Of a DNA stretch of 24,145 bases, positions 1 through 9,478 are shown in pieces. Made by a program: the position numbers and the translations under genes. Source of the stretch: Clostridiales bacterium UBA1381 (GTDB lineage Bacteria > Bacillota > Clostridia > UBA1381); NCBI GenBank assembly GCA_002305435.1, contig DBQZ01000129.1:1-24145 (forward strand). The letters run 5' to 3'. The first letter of the stretch is position 1. Every line of letters starts with the position of its first letter. The notes under the pieces were generated by a model. It was not told where the DNA came from. It searched no databases and saw only the letters and a program-made list of their open reading frames with translations.

Positions 1-1
1 A

Positions 2-505
2 GACGATTATGTCCCGAATACGTCAATCACCTACTCCGAAGCCTTCATGCTCGGAGTCCGCTATGTTTGGAGCGGAGTATATGACGGCAAGTGCGTGAAT
101 GTTCACATAGAAGAAGTTGAGGACAACACTCCGGTTCAAAAAGTACGAGTATTATTCGACTCCGTTACCGGACAATATAACTTCAGCCATGCTCAGAAAG
201 TCCCTCCCACGATATGGATGTACACAGGCGATGGGCGTGTCGGCACTGATCATGTATATGACTATAACGGGATACTTTATGTATCAGGTCATGAGTTCGG
301 TCATATTCTCGGACTGGGCGATGTCTATGCCGATACAAACGAGAAAGTCAAGCAGTACCTAAACTCGCCGATGAACGGCTGGGACTGGCGTCAGGCAACA
401 GACGCAGACTATTTTATCATGCTGAAACACAACACATGGCTGCACGGTAATCTATTTATCTACAGCAGCGACAGAGAATTATTAAAATGGTATTTACCGA
501 TATAA
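2..505 (+). CDS. 3' part of a putative zinc metallopeptidase-domain protein (5'-truncated by the window edge)
   Basis: Frame 2 is open from base 2 (DDYVPNTSITYSEAF M...), so the true start is probably upstream. It contains HEFGHILGLGDVY (HExxHxxGxxD zincin motif) followed by SPMNG, a possible Met-turn. Confidence 0.7.
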   Translation, partial: DDYVPNTSITYSEAFMLGVRYVWSGVYDGKCVNVHIEEVEDNTPVQKVRVLFDSVTGQYNFSHAQKVPPTIWMYTGDGRVGTDHVYDYNGILYVSGHEFGHILGLGDVYADTNEKVKQYLNSPMNGWDWRQATDADYFIMLKHNTWLHGNLFIYSSDRELLKWYLPI

Positions 506-546
506 AAACAAACGACAGCTACAGGCTGTCATGAAAGGAGGTCACT

Positions 547-993
547 ATGCCGTATGTTCAAGTCCCCAAGGATTTAACTAAGGTCAAAACCAAGGTCGCA
601 ATGAACCTTACAAAGCGTCAGATAATATGCTTTGCACTTGCCGGAGCAGTCGGTGTTCCTGTATATTTCTTATCAAAATCCATTGTTGGAAACGACATTG
701 CCATGATGCTTCTGATCATCATTGCACTGCCGTTTTTTCTTTTTGCCATGTATGAACGTGACGGGCAGCCGCTCGAAAAGATTTTGATAAACTATATCAG
801 ATGGCACAAGTCCCCGAAGGTGCGCATATACAGGACGCAGAACTTATACGCAGTTATGAGCAAAAATGACAAGGAGGTCAGCTATATTGCCAAAAAACAA
901 AAAACGATCCCCAAAACAGGGAAAAAGAAAAAGTACCGCCGCCGCAAAAAGACCGCAGCCAAAACAAAAAGCAAAACCAAAGGTGCAGCATGA
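547..993 (+). CDS. prgI: PrgI family conjugation protein (VirB3-like)
   Basis: MPYVQVPKDLTKVKTKVAMNLTKRQIICF N-terminus, two hydrophobic helices, YERDGQPLE motif; RBS GAAAGGAGG at 533-541; immediately upstream of virB4. Confidence 0.92.
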   Translation: MPYVQVPKDLTKVKTKVAMNLTKRQIICFALAGAVGVPVYFLSKSIVGNDIAMMLLIIIALPFFLFAMYERDGQPLEKILINYIRWHKSPKVRIYRTQNLYAVMSKNDKEVSYIAKKQKTIPKTGKKKKYRRRKKTAAKTKSKTKGAA

Positions 994-3313
994 TACGACT
1001 GTCACGGCACAGCAGACAATACGGTATAAAAACATCTATCCGGACGGTATCTGTAAGATCGACAACTCACATTACTCTAAAACAGTACAGTTTTACGATA
1101 TAAACTACCAGTTGGCACAGAACGATGACAAAAGCGCGATTTTTGAAAGCTATTGTGACTTTCTCAACTACTTCGACCACTCTATAGCTGTACAGTTTTC
1201 ATTCGTGAACCGTCATACAAGTGCGGAGGACTTTGAAAACATGATAGCAATACCGGAGCAGGACGACGACTTCAACGATATACGCCACGAGTATTCGGAA
1301 ATGCTTAAAAGCCAGCTCACCAAGGGAAATAACGGGCTTACCAAGACCAAATACGTCACATTTACAATTGAAGCAAAGGACTTAAAGTCTGCAAAGCAGC
1401 GGTTAGAGCGTATCGAAACGGACGTGCTGAACAATTTCAAAGCGATGGGCGTCAAGGCAGAGCCGCTTAACGGTCATGACAGGTTAGAGCTTATGTTCGA
1501 TATCTTTAAATCCGACAAACGTGACAAATTTCATTTTACATGGGATATGCTCAAAATCTCCGGCATGTCAACAAAGGACTATATCGCACCGTCCTCTTTT
1601 AATTTCAGCAAACGAGACAGCTTTGCTATGGGAAAAAGCTATGGCGCAGTTTCGTATTTGCAGATAACGGCACCGGAGCTTACCGACCGTATGCTTGCAG
1701 ATTTTCTTGACTTGGAGAGCAATATCATAGTCAACATCCATATTCAGAGTATCGACCAGCTCACAGCCATCAAGAATATAAAGCATAAAATAACAGACCT
1801 CGATCGCATGAAAGCCGATGAGCAGAAAAAAGCATTACGAGCCGGATACGACATAGATATTATCCCGTCCGATCTTGCTACATACGGAAATGAGGCTAAA
1901 GGGCTGTTGGAGGACTTACAAAGCAGAAACGAGCGAATGTTTCTCATTACATTCCTTGTAATGAATACTGCTTCATCGCTGAAAAAGCTTGAAAACGATA
2001 TTTTTCAGGCACAGGGCATTGCACAGAAATACAATTGTCAGCTGAAACGGCTTGATTATCAGCAAGAAGCAGCATTAATGTCATCGATACCGATAGGACG
2101 AAATCATATAGAGATACAGCGCGGTTTGACAACATCGTCAACCGCTATTTTTGTGCCGTTTACAACGTGTGAGCTGTTCATGGGCGGTGAGTCACTGTAT
2201 TACGGCTTGAACGCACTATCAAACAACATGATAATGGTTGACCGCAAGCTGCTAAAAAACCCTAACGGTTTGATACTCGGAACACCGGGAAGCGGAAAAT
2301 CGTTCAGTGCAAAGCGTGAGATAACGAACGCTTTCCTCATGACTACGGATGATATAATCCTCCAAGACCCTGAGTCCGAGTATGCTCCGTTGGTGCTGCA
2401 CTTGAAAGGTCAGGTCATAAAAATATCACCCTCAAGCAGTCAGTATATAAACCCAATGGATATAAATATTGATTATTCGGACGAGGATGATCCTATCTCT
2501 CTAAAGAGTGATTTCCTCATATCTCTGTGTGAGCTTATCGTCGGCGGCAAAGATGGCTTACAGCCTACAGAAAAAACCGTTATCGACAGATGCGTAAGAA
2601 GCATCTATAAAGAATACTTTGCAAACGACCCCACGCCGGACAAGATGCCTATCTTGCAGGACTTATATGAGAAACTCCGCGCACAGCCCGATGATGAAGC
2701 ACAGCACATAGCGACAGCTCTTGAGATATATGTTACAGGCTCACTTAACGTGTTCAACCACCGGACGAATGTTGATATAAACAACAGACTGGTGTGCTTT
2801 GATATAAAGGATCTGGGCAAGCAGCTTAAAAAGATAGGTATGTTAATAGTTCAGGAGCAAGTTTGGAACAGAGTAACACAAAACCGTGCGGCGAAGAAAT
2901 CAACGAGATACTATGTAGACGAGTTCCACTTGCTTTTAAAGGATGAGCAGACAGCTGCTTATTCAGTGGAGATATGGAAGCGTTTTCGTAAGTGGGGCGG
3001 CATACCGACAGGACTTACACAGAACGTAAAGGACCTTCTTGCAAGCCGTGAGATTGAGAACATCTTTGAAAATTCGGATTTCATATATATGCTCAATCAG
3101 GCTTCGGGCGACCGAGAGATACTTGCAAAAGCCCTTAATATTTCTCCGCATCAGCTGTCATATGTAACTCAGTCAAACGCAGGAGAAGGGCTGCTCTTTT
3201 ACGGGAACGTCATTATCCCGTTTGTTGACCGCTTCCCCAAAAACCTTAAACTATACAGCTATATGACTTCAAAATTTGAGGAGATGTCAAATGAAGAAGC
3301 TCCGAGCAAGTGA
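887..3313 (+). CDS. VirB4-like conjugal transfer ATPase (TraE/CD1110 family)
   Basis: Walker A GTPGSGKS, Walker B YYVDEFH and WKRFRKWGGIPTGLTQNV motif. Probable TTG start at 887 behind RBS AAGGAGG (871-877); the ORF track starts at 866. Confidence 0.95.
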   Translation: MPKNKKRSPKQGKRKSTAAAKRPQPKQKAKPKVQHDTTVTAQQTIRYKNIYPDGICKIDNSHYSKTVQFYDINYQLAQNDDKSAIFESYCDFLNYFDHSIAVQFSFVNRHTSAEDFENMIAIPEQDDDFNDIRHEYSEMLKSQLTKGNNGLTKTKYVTFTIEAKDLKSAKQRLERIETDVLNNFKAMGVKAEPLNGHDRLELMFDIFKSDKRDKFHFTWDMLKISGMSTKDYIAPSSFNFSKRDSFAMGKSYGAVSYLQITAPELTDRMLADFLDLESNIIVNIHIQSIDQLTAIKNIKHKITDLDRMKADEQKKALRAGYDIDIIPSDLATYGNEAKGLLEDLQSRNERMFLITFLVMNTASSLKKLENDIFQAQGIAQKYNCQLKRLDYQQEAALMSSIPIGRNHIEIQRGLTTSSTAIFVPFTTCELFMGGESLYYGLNALSNNMIMVDRKLLKNPNGLILGTPGSGKSFSAKREITNAFLMTTDDIILQDPESEYAPLVLHLKGQVIKISPSSSQYINPMDINIDYSDEDDPISLKSDFLISLCELIVGGKDGLQPTEKTVIDRCVRSIYKEYFANDPTPDKMPILQDLYEKLRAQPDDEAQHIATALEIYVTGSLNVFNHRTNVDINNRLVCFDIKDLGKQLKKIGMLIVQEQVWNRVTQNRAAKKSTRYYVDEFHLLLKDEQTAAYSVEIWKRFRKWGGIPTGLTQNVKDLLASREIENIFENSDFIYMLNQASGDREILAKALNISPHQLSYVTQSNAGEGLLFYGNVIIPFVDRFPKNLKLYSYMTSKFEEMSNEEAPSK

Positions 3314-5534
3314 TAAGGTCACGGTCAAGTACAGCTGTGAAGGACTTGTGGAACGAAACCTATCGGAGAAAACGGAAACAGTCGTAAGCAATAAAAGAAC
3401 TGATATTTCATTCGGCAAACGACGTGGGAGCGAGTTTGATATTCGCTCCCATAATGCCGATAATGTACAAGCGTCAAGGAAAAGTCCAAAGTCTGTTACG
3501 GCTTTTAACGTCATGAGCGATAAAGGCATTAAGGAACGATTGTTGAATACTGATTTTTCTATGTCTGATAAAGATGGTGGTATCCGTAGTATTACTGATG
3601 TTTCCGTCAAGGATGTCAAGCCTAAGCTTCATACGTCCTATACGCTCAAGCACACTGCAAAGAAGGAGCATATCCGTCAACAGCCAAAGTGCGGCAGTAA
3701 TTTCAAGCCCAAGCGTCAACGCATAGAAATACCGAAGCCCGAAAAGCATTTGAAACCCTCTCCTACTTCAAAATTTATTGAAGATAAAAAGTCGTTGAAG
3801 TTTGATGTGACCGATAATCAAAAGTCGTTGAAATGTGAAAAATCAGATGTCCCTCATACAGACGATCCTAACACAACGGATGATGCTCCCAGCACAGGTA
3901 ATGACGTAAAGCAGACGCTGAAATTCGGCAGAACGATAGCATATCAAACAGTGAAAGCGACCCAAGGCACGCTGAAACAGAACCGCAGGCGGTTGCGTTT
4001 CAAGAAATCGCAGCAGACTTCATCTCAGGATATACGTTCGGCTATGGAAAAGCTGTTATCAGAAAAGCCGCATGTTACAAAGAGAGACGATGCTGATTTT
4101 ACAAAAGAAGCGCAGCAGGACATAAATCTGAAGGCTGAAAAAAGAGATGTGAATTTAAAGTCTGATATAAAGTCGGATTTTAATTTTGTAAAGGATGCCA
4201 AACAGGATCGAAACAATAAATCAAAATCTGAAAAAGTATCAACGCACAATCGGTCAAGGCTGATGTTTAAGCCGGAGGAAAAGCCGCTATCGACCGGAAC
4301 GGAAGATGGACATAACAGCAGCACCACCAACAGTGATAACAATGGCACCACTGCTGAACTTAAAGACAGGAAGCCCGGCTCATATATCAAAGCTGAGAAA
4401 AAAGCCGATAAAGCTATGTCCAAGCTCGAAAAAGCTGAAAGCAAGCAGCCTACGCATAAGGTCTTAAAGCATGAGCGCGTTTACGATGATAAGAAAGGCA
4501 AAGCCCGTCACCGTCTGTACTTTGAGGAGGAAAAGAAGCCGCCAAGAAAACAATATTTATCAAAGGAGCTTCCCAAAGCAGCTGTTTCAGCTGCTGCGCT
4601 GGAGGTAAAGAGCAAGGTGCATCAAAAGCTGTATCAAGCCGAAAATGACAATTCTGCTGTTAAAGCCGCACACCGTACAGAGCTTATTGCAGAGCGCAGC
4701 TCCAATGCGGCATTTCGGTATGCAGTAAAGCGGCACCGGGATAAACCTTACCGATTGCAGAGAAAGGTTGACAGACTGAAATATAAGGCGGAAAAGGCGA
4801 ACAGACGTCTGCTGTTTGAAAAGGCAGTGCATGAAAATCCACAGCTGAAAAGGTCAATACGCAAACGTACACAGTATAAGCAGTTTATCAAGCAAAAATA
4901 CAAACAGCAAATGCGCAGCTATGCGCAGAGAAAATCCGCTAAAAAAGCAGCACAGAAAACCGCATCGGTCATAAAGGAATTTATCACAGTTAAAAACAAG
5001 GGCTGTCTTGTACTCGTCCTTATCGCGGTATTAATGGCATTTGTATTATGCTCGCTGTTTGCCGTGACGCTCACCTCTATGACAGGGAGCATCGTAAACG
5101 AGTATACATCGTCCGATGAGGAGATCGGCAATGTCGCTTCCGCATGGCAGGCTTTGGAGGATGATCTGCAAAATGAAATTGACAATATCGAGACTGAGTA
5201 TCCCGGATACGACAGGTATGTATACGAAATTGATGCAATAGGTGCTGATAAGCAAAAGATACTTGCGTATTTTTCGGCTAAATACAAGAAAATCGTGTAT
5301 GCCGACCATAGCGCAGATATAGAGAGCTTCTTTAATGAGCTTTATGTATATTCGCTGGTAAGCTATACAGACGGAGATTACAGTGAGCTGCAAATCGAGC
5401 TTCAAGTCAATGACCTTGATGCGCTTATAGAGAGCAAGCTCACAGATGAGGAAAAACAGGCATACGGAGCATACTTGGAAATATTCCAAAACAGTGAGGA
5501 TTATAACGAGATAATAGAAAATGCAGAAGGTTAG
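3291..5534 (+). CDS. CD1108-family ICE membrane protein (long basic N-terminus, one TM helix); no recognisable C-terminal NlpC/P60, CHAP or M23 domain
   Basis: Lies directly after virB4; ATG at 3291 with RBS GAGGAG; motifs VHQKLYQAENDNSAVKAAHRTE and YPGYDRYVYEID; TM segment CLVLVLIAVLMAFVLCSLFAV. Confidence 0.75.
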   Translation: MKKLRASDKVTVKYSCEGLVERNLSEKTETVVSNKRTDISFGKRRGSEFDIRSHNADNVQASRKSPKSVTAFNVMSDKGIKERLLNTDFSMSDKDGGIRSITDVSVKDVKPKLHTSYTLKHTAKKEHIRQQPKCGSNFKPKRQRIEIPKPEKHLKPSPTSKFIEDKKSLKFDVTDNQKSLKCEKSDVPHTDDPNTTDDAPSTGNDVKQTLKFGRTIAYQTVKATQGTLKQNRRRLRFKKSQQTSSQDIRSAMEKLLSEKPHVTKRDDADFTKEAQQDINLKAEKRDVNLKSDIKSDFNFVKDAKQDRNNKSKSEKVSTHNRSRLMFKPEEKPLSTGTEDGHNSSTTNSDNNGTTAELKDRKPGSYIKAEKKADKAMSKLEKAESKQPTHKVLKHERVYDDKKGKARHRLYFEEEKKPPRKQYLSKELPKAAVSAAALEVKSKVHQKLYQAENDNSAVKAAHRTELIAERSSNAAFRYAVKRHRDKPYRLQRKVDRLKYKAEKANRRLLFEKAVHENPQLKRSIRKRTQYKQFIKQKYKQQMRSYAQRKSAKKAAQKTASVIKEFITVKNKGCLVLVLIAVLMAFVLCSLFAVTLTSMTGSIVNEYTSSDEEIGNVASAWQALEDDLQNEIDNIETEYPGYDRYVYEIDAIGADKQKILAYFSAKYKKIVYADHSADIESFFNELYVYSLVSYTDGDYSELQIELQVNDLDALIESKLTDEEKQAYGAYLEIFQNSEDYNEIIENAEG

Positions 5535-5555
5535 CCTATACGAGGAGGTGCAATA

Positions 5556-5837
5556 TTGGGATTAAAAAGTACAAAGCGTCAGCTCGATAAGAGCAGAGAG
5601 AAAATGGCGTTGCTTCAAGAGCGTATAAAGGCTCTTGAAGAACAGGAGCGCGGTCAGGAAAATCAGGATATGCTGAAAACGATACGGAAGGATGTTGACT
5701 ACTCTGAATTTGTGGTGCTGTGGGAGGAATTGCAGCGGCATAAAGAGGAGCTTTTGAAGCGACACAAAGAAAGGAATGTTCAGAATGAAAGTAAAAATAG
5801 CAGTAATACTAACGGCTCTGATAATGGCATCGGGTAG
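5556..5837 (+). CDS. Small coiled-coil ICE protein (DUF4315-like)
   Basis: TTG start with RBS GAGGAGGTG; KALEEQERGQEN motif; usual position between the CD1108-like gene and DUF4366. Confidence 0.7.
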   Translation: MGLKSTKRQLDKSREKMALLQERIKALEEQERGQENQDMLKTIRKDVDYSEFVVLWEELQRHKEELLKRHKERNVQNESKNSSNTNGSDNGIG

Positions 5838-6666
5838 ATATATACCGGCATATGCTGACGGCGGCGGTCAGCCGCCGTATATCGAACCGTCAGCTGAAAC
5901 AACAGCTGTACCCGCAACTGCTGTGCAGGAAACCGCATATCCGTCAGAACCAACTGTAGACCCCTATGAGGAAATGTATCAGCAGCAGTCCGAAGCAAAC
6001 GCGAATACGCAGTCTCTCTTAACTGATATTAAAGATATGATAGGCGGTATAATGAGCTTTAGCAGCAATGAAGCAACTGAAAATACCGAAACTGTCCAAG
6101 TCGAACAGCCCATCCAGCAGTCTACGCCCGCTCCCACTCCGACGCCTGAGCCTACACCCGTTCCACGGGTAACGGAAACAGACGGGAACGGTTACATAGT
6201 CGAGGATACGCAGGTGCTGAATGACGGCAAGGAATTTCTGACTATGGCTTCAAAGGACGGTACTACGTTCTATATGGTCATTGACCGTGCGAACGATAAC
6301 GAGGTATATCTGCTTAATAAAGTAGATAACGCTGACCTGATGAGCTTTACGGAAACTACTCCATCACCGTCAGCGTCTGCAAGCCCGACACCATCGCCCA
6401 CGCCTACACAATCGCCGTCACCATCACCGGAGCCGGAAGCTGCGGCAAATGAAGAGAAAGGCGGTATCAGCCCGATTATCACAATATTGCTTGCGCTGGG
6501 CGCAGGCGGCGCGATATACTGGTTCAAGTTCAAGCGTAACAGCGGAGAAACATATGATGATTTGCAGACAGATGATGCGGAAGCGGAGGCTGAGTATGAC
6601 GAGCTGAACGGGAACGAGGTCAACGAGGACGAGCTTGACGAGGAAAATGACGATAATATGAATTGA
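5785..6666 (+). CDS. DUF4366 (CD1107-family) membrane-anchored surface protein with Pro/Thr/Ser linkers
   Basis: Signal peptide, GKEFLTMASKDGTTFYMVIDR...EVYLLNKVDNADLM core, PT/PS repeats, C-terminal TM helix and acidic tail; RBS AGAAAGGA favours the ATG at 5785. Confidence 0.85.
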   Translation: MKVKIAVILTALIMASGRYIPAYADGGGQPPYIEPSAETTAVPATAVQETAYPSEPTVDPYEEMYQQQSEANANTQSLLTDIKDMIGGIMSFSSNEATENTETVQVEQPIQQSTPAPTPTPEPTPVPRVTETDGNGYIVEDTQVLNDGKEFLTMASKDGTTFYMVIDRANDNEVYLLNKVDNADLMSFTETTPSPSASASPTPSPTPTQSPSPSPEPEAAANEEKGGISPIITILLALGAGGAIYWFKFKRNSGETYDDLQTDDAEAEAEYDELNGNEVNEDELDEENDDNMN

Positions 6667-6682
6667 TAGTCATTCTTTTGTA

Positions 6683-6711
6683 TAGACTTTTTCACTTGTT
6701 TATGGTATACT
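6683..6711 (+). promoter_or_regulatory. Sigma-A-type promoter for the Y-family polymerase operon
   Basis: TAGACT (6683-6688), 17 bp spacer, TATACT (6706-6711) with an extended -10 TG. Confidence 0.6.
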
Positions 6712-6748
6712 AATCATATAAAACGCTTACAAGGAGGTGCTTCGGCAT

Positions 6749-8260
6749 ATGCAGGAACAACGTATTTATGCAGCGATCGACCTAAAGTCGTTTTATGCCT
6801 CTGCGGAATGTATCGAACGCGGACTTGACCCTATGACAACTAACCTCGTTGTTGCTGACAAGAGCAGGACGGAAAAGACCATATGTCTCGCTGTCTCACC
6901 ATCCCTAAAAGCCTATGGCATCCCCGGCAGAGCAAGACTGTTTGAAGTTATACAAAAGGTTAATGCAGTAAACCGAGAAAGACAAAGAAAAGCGCCGAAT
7001 AGAACATTCTCCGGTTCTTCGTATGATGATACCGAATTAAGACGTAATCCGGGGCTGGCAATTGATTTTATCACTGCTCCGCCGCGTATGGCTCATTATA
7101 TGAAGTTCAGTACGGAGATCTATAGTATATATTTAAAGTATGTTGCACCGGAGGATATACATGTATATTCAATAGACGAGGTGTTTATTGACCTTACAGG
7201 CTATCTTAAAACCTATGGGCTTTCGGCACATGACTTCACTATGAAGCTTGTTCGTGAGGTACTGAAAACAACAGGAATAACGGCAACGGCAGGAATAGGC
7301 ACCAATCTTTATCTTGCAAAGGTGGCTATGGATATAGTCGCAAAGCATATAAAGCCGGATAAGGACGGTGTACGGATAGCAGAGCTTGACGAGATGAGCT
7401 ATCGCCGGCTTTTGTGGTGTCACCGTCCTTTAACTGACTTTTGGCGTGTAGGGCACGGATATGCAAAAAAGCTTGAAGCGATAGGGTTATACACAATGGG
7501 AGACATTGCACGCTGTTCGCTTGGGAAGCCTACGGATTATTATAACGAAAATACATTATATGACTTATTTGGTATCAATGCCGAGTTGCTGATAGATCAC
7601 GCTTGGGGCTGGGAACCGTGTACCATAGCGGAAATAAAAGCATATAAGCCGCAGTCAAACAGTATCGGCTCCGGTCAGGTTCTGCAATGTCCGCATAATT
7701 ATGAGCAGACAAAGCTTATAGTACAAGAAATGGCAGATATGCTGGCACTTGACTTAGTGGATAAACGTCTTGTTACGGATCAAATAGTCCTGACGATAGG
7801 CTATGATAAAGAAGGCGTCACGACTTCATATAAAGGTGAAGTCAAGACAGACCGGTATGGTCGAAAGATACCGAAACATGCGCATGGTACAGCCAACCTT
7901 GCCACTAAAACATCATCTGCAAAGCTGATAACAAAAGCTGCGATTGAACTGTATGACCGCATTATAAACAAAAAGCTGTTGGTACGTAGAGTTTATATTA
8001 CCGCTACACACGTTGTCGATGAGGCTGTTGAGGAGAATACAAGAGCTTTTGAGCAGCTTGACCTGTTTACTGATTATGAACAGCTTGAAAAGGAGCGAGC
8101 GGATAAGCAGTCTAAGCTGGAGCGTGAAAAGCGTGTTCAGCAAACAATGCTTGATATAAAGAAGAAATTTGGTAAGAATGCGATACTAAAGGGCATGAAT
8201 TTAAGAGAAGGCGCGACCGCACGCGACAGAAACAAGCAGATAGGCGGTCATAAGGCGTGA
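6749..8260 (+). CDS. Y-family error-prone DNA polymerase (ImpB/MucB/SamB, UmuC-like)
   Basis: Catalytic motifs AIDLKSFYASAEC and YSIDEVFID are intact; TAGIGTNLYLAKVAMD; QLDLF clamp-binding-like motif; RBS AAGGAGG at 6731-6737. Confidence 0.93.
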   Translation: MQEQRIYAAIDLKSFYASAECIERGLDPMTTNLVVADKSRTEKTICLAVSPSLKAYGIPGRARLFEVIQKVNAVNRERQRKAPNRTFSGSSYDDTELRRNPGLAIDFITAPPRMAHYMKFSTEIYSIYLKYVAPEDIHVYSIDEVFIDLTGYLKTYGLSAHDFTMKLVREVLKTTGITATAGIGTNLYLAKVAMDIVAKHIKPDKDGVRIAELDEMSYRRLLWCHRPLTDFWRVGHGYAKKLEAIGLYTMGDIARCSLGKPTDYYNENTLYDLFGINAELLIDHAWGWEPCTIAEIKAYKPQSNSIGSGQVLQCPHNYEQTKLIVQEMADMLALDLVDKRLVTDQIVLTIGYDKEGVTTSYKGEVKTDRYGRKIPKHAHGTANLATKTSSAKLITKAAIELYDRIINKKLLVRRVYITATHVVDEAVEENTRAFEQLDLFTDYEQLEKERADKQSKLEREKRVQQTMLDIKKKFGKNAILKGMNLREGATARDRNKQIGGHKA

Positions 8261-8272
8261 ACGGAGGAATAT

Positions 8273-8710
8273 ATGAATAACAACGAAGATATTCACCGCT
8301 ATGATGATATAATCAATTTACCGCACCACGTGTCAAAGAGCCGTAAGCAAATGTCTTTACATGACAGAGCCGCTCAGTTTTCGCCGTTTGCAGCGTTGAC
8401 CGGATACGGAGATGCTGTTCATGAAACTGCAAGACTGACCGATGAATATATTGAGCTTGACGATGGGCAAAAGGATATTCTGAACGCCCAGCTGCAAAAA
8501 CTGTGTGAACATATTACGGAACATCCGGATATAACACTGACATATTTTTTGCCGGATAGTAAGAAATCAGGCGGAGCATATACTACGATAAGCGGGAATG
8601 TGAAAAAAATAGATACTTATAAACGCATCCTTGTCTTTCAAGACAAAACAGAGATACTGTTCGACAATATTTACAAAATATCCGGCTGGATATTTGATAA
8701 AATGATATGA
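8273..8710 (+). CDS. YolD-like protein (usual partner of Gram-positive UmuC)
   Basis: YDDIINLPHHVS...MSLHDRAAQFSPFAALTGY motif; directly downstream of the Y-family polymerase. Confidence 0.85.
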   Translation: MNNNEDIHRYDDIINLPHHVSKSRKQMSLHDRAAQFSPFAALTGYGDAVHETARLTDEYIELDDGQKDILNAQLQKLCEHITEHPDITLTYFLPDSKKSGGAYTTISGNVKKIDTYKRILVFQDKTEILFDNIYKISGWIFDKMI

Positions 8711-8871
8711 AATAAACAGAATATATAACTTCCGAAAAAAATTTATATTTAATGTGACTTTTTTGATGTCTAAATCAATTATTAAGTAGAGGGTATCTTA
8801 TATGTTCCCTCGTTTGCATTAAATATGGGGGTTATATCATAATGGGGCAAAATCAAAAAGGAGTTACGAAA

Positions 8872-9129
8872 ATGACAGAACAAAAGATACCGGATTATGA
8901 AACAATAAAGGCTGCTGTTGCGGGCGAAAAATGGGCACTGGAGAAGGTCATTGAATGTTTCAGTGGTGAGATAGACAAGCTCTCAACGGTAACAAAACAA
9001 CTCCCCGATGGCACTACAGAAAAGGAAATCGACGAGGATCTGCGACAGACACTGATACGCAAGCTGTTAGAGGCTATCCCGACGTTCCCTCTTGACGAAG
9101 CGGAGGGAAACGATAATGGCGAAGCATAA
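8872..9129 (+). CDS. Small helix-turn-helix ICE regulator (HTH_16-like)
   Basis: PDYETIKAAVAGEKWALEKVI...IDEDLRQTLIRKLLEAIPTF pattern; RBS AAGGAG before ATG 8872. Confidence 0.75.
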   Translation: MTEQKIPDYETIKAAVAGEKWALEKVIECFSGEIDKLSTVTKQLPDGTTEKEIDEDLRQTLIRKLLEAIPTFPLDEAEGNDNGEA

Positions 9130-9412
9130 GAACCATATCAAGGTCGGAGACAGGCTCTTACAGACCAATAAACCGTTTTCGCAGCTGAAGCAGTCTCAGA
9201 AAGAGAAAATTAATGAATGGCTGTATGATGAGTATAGCCATATATATTATAAGACAGGCGCACCGCCGGACAAGCGGTACAACGATGAAATACTTGATGC
9301 GGTATATGAAAAGATAAATGCCGCCGGGATTTGACTTCCGTTCGGCGAGCTGAAAAAATACTATATAAGCAAAAAGAGCAGATACAAAAACAGATACGAC
9401 AAAACAATATAA
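9116..9412 (+). pseudogene. Conserved hypothetical ICE gene interrupted by a TGA at 9332-9334
   Basis: RBS GGAGG and ATG at 9116. The frame continues past TGA as LPFGELKKYYISKKSRYKNRYDKTI to TAA at 9412, just before a terminator. G-I-*-L-P-F-G-E resembles an IWIPYGE-type motif I recall from homologues. Confidence 0.6.
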
Positions 9413-9423
9413 TGTATTACTAC

Positions 9424-9454
9424 AGCGTTCGCAAAATATTGCGGACGTTTTTTT
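9424..9454 (+). terminator. Intrinsic terminator upstream of topB
   Basis: AGCGTTCGCAA-AATA-TTGCGGACGTT stem with G.U pairs, running into a T7 tract. Confidence 0.7.
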
Positions 9455-9478
9455 ATACCCAAAATAAGGAGGAATTTT

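Noticed and set aside
866..993. Long overlap of prgI and virB4 with Lys-rich tails
   Set aside because: Overlap at this junction is usual in this ICE family, and it shortens if the TTG at 887 is the start.
6120..6435. Pro/Thr/Ser-coding short repeats in DUF4366
   Set aside because: Ordinary flexible linkers of a surface protein.
8273..8710. 145-aa ORF considered as the missing ToxN toxin
   Set aside because: It carries the YolD-type DRAAQFSPFAALTGY motif and is coupled to the polymerase; no ToxN-like features.
8750..8812. TTAAGTAGAGGG plus hairpin before the HTH gene, resembling TATATGAGAGG plus hairpin after the sigma-like gene (possible element-sigma promoter)
   Set aside because: The similarity is too short and rests on two examples; it cannot be supported without an alignment.
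9332..9334. TGA as recoded Trp or selenocysteine
   Set aside because: TGA terminates several other genes here (for example virB4, the polymerase and topB), and no SECIS-like context was seen.
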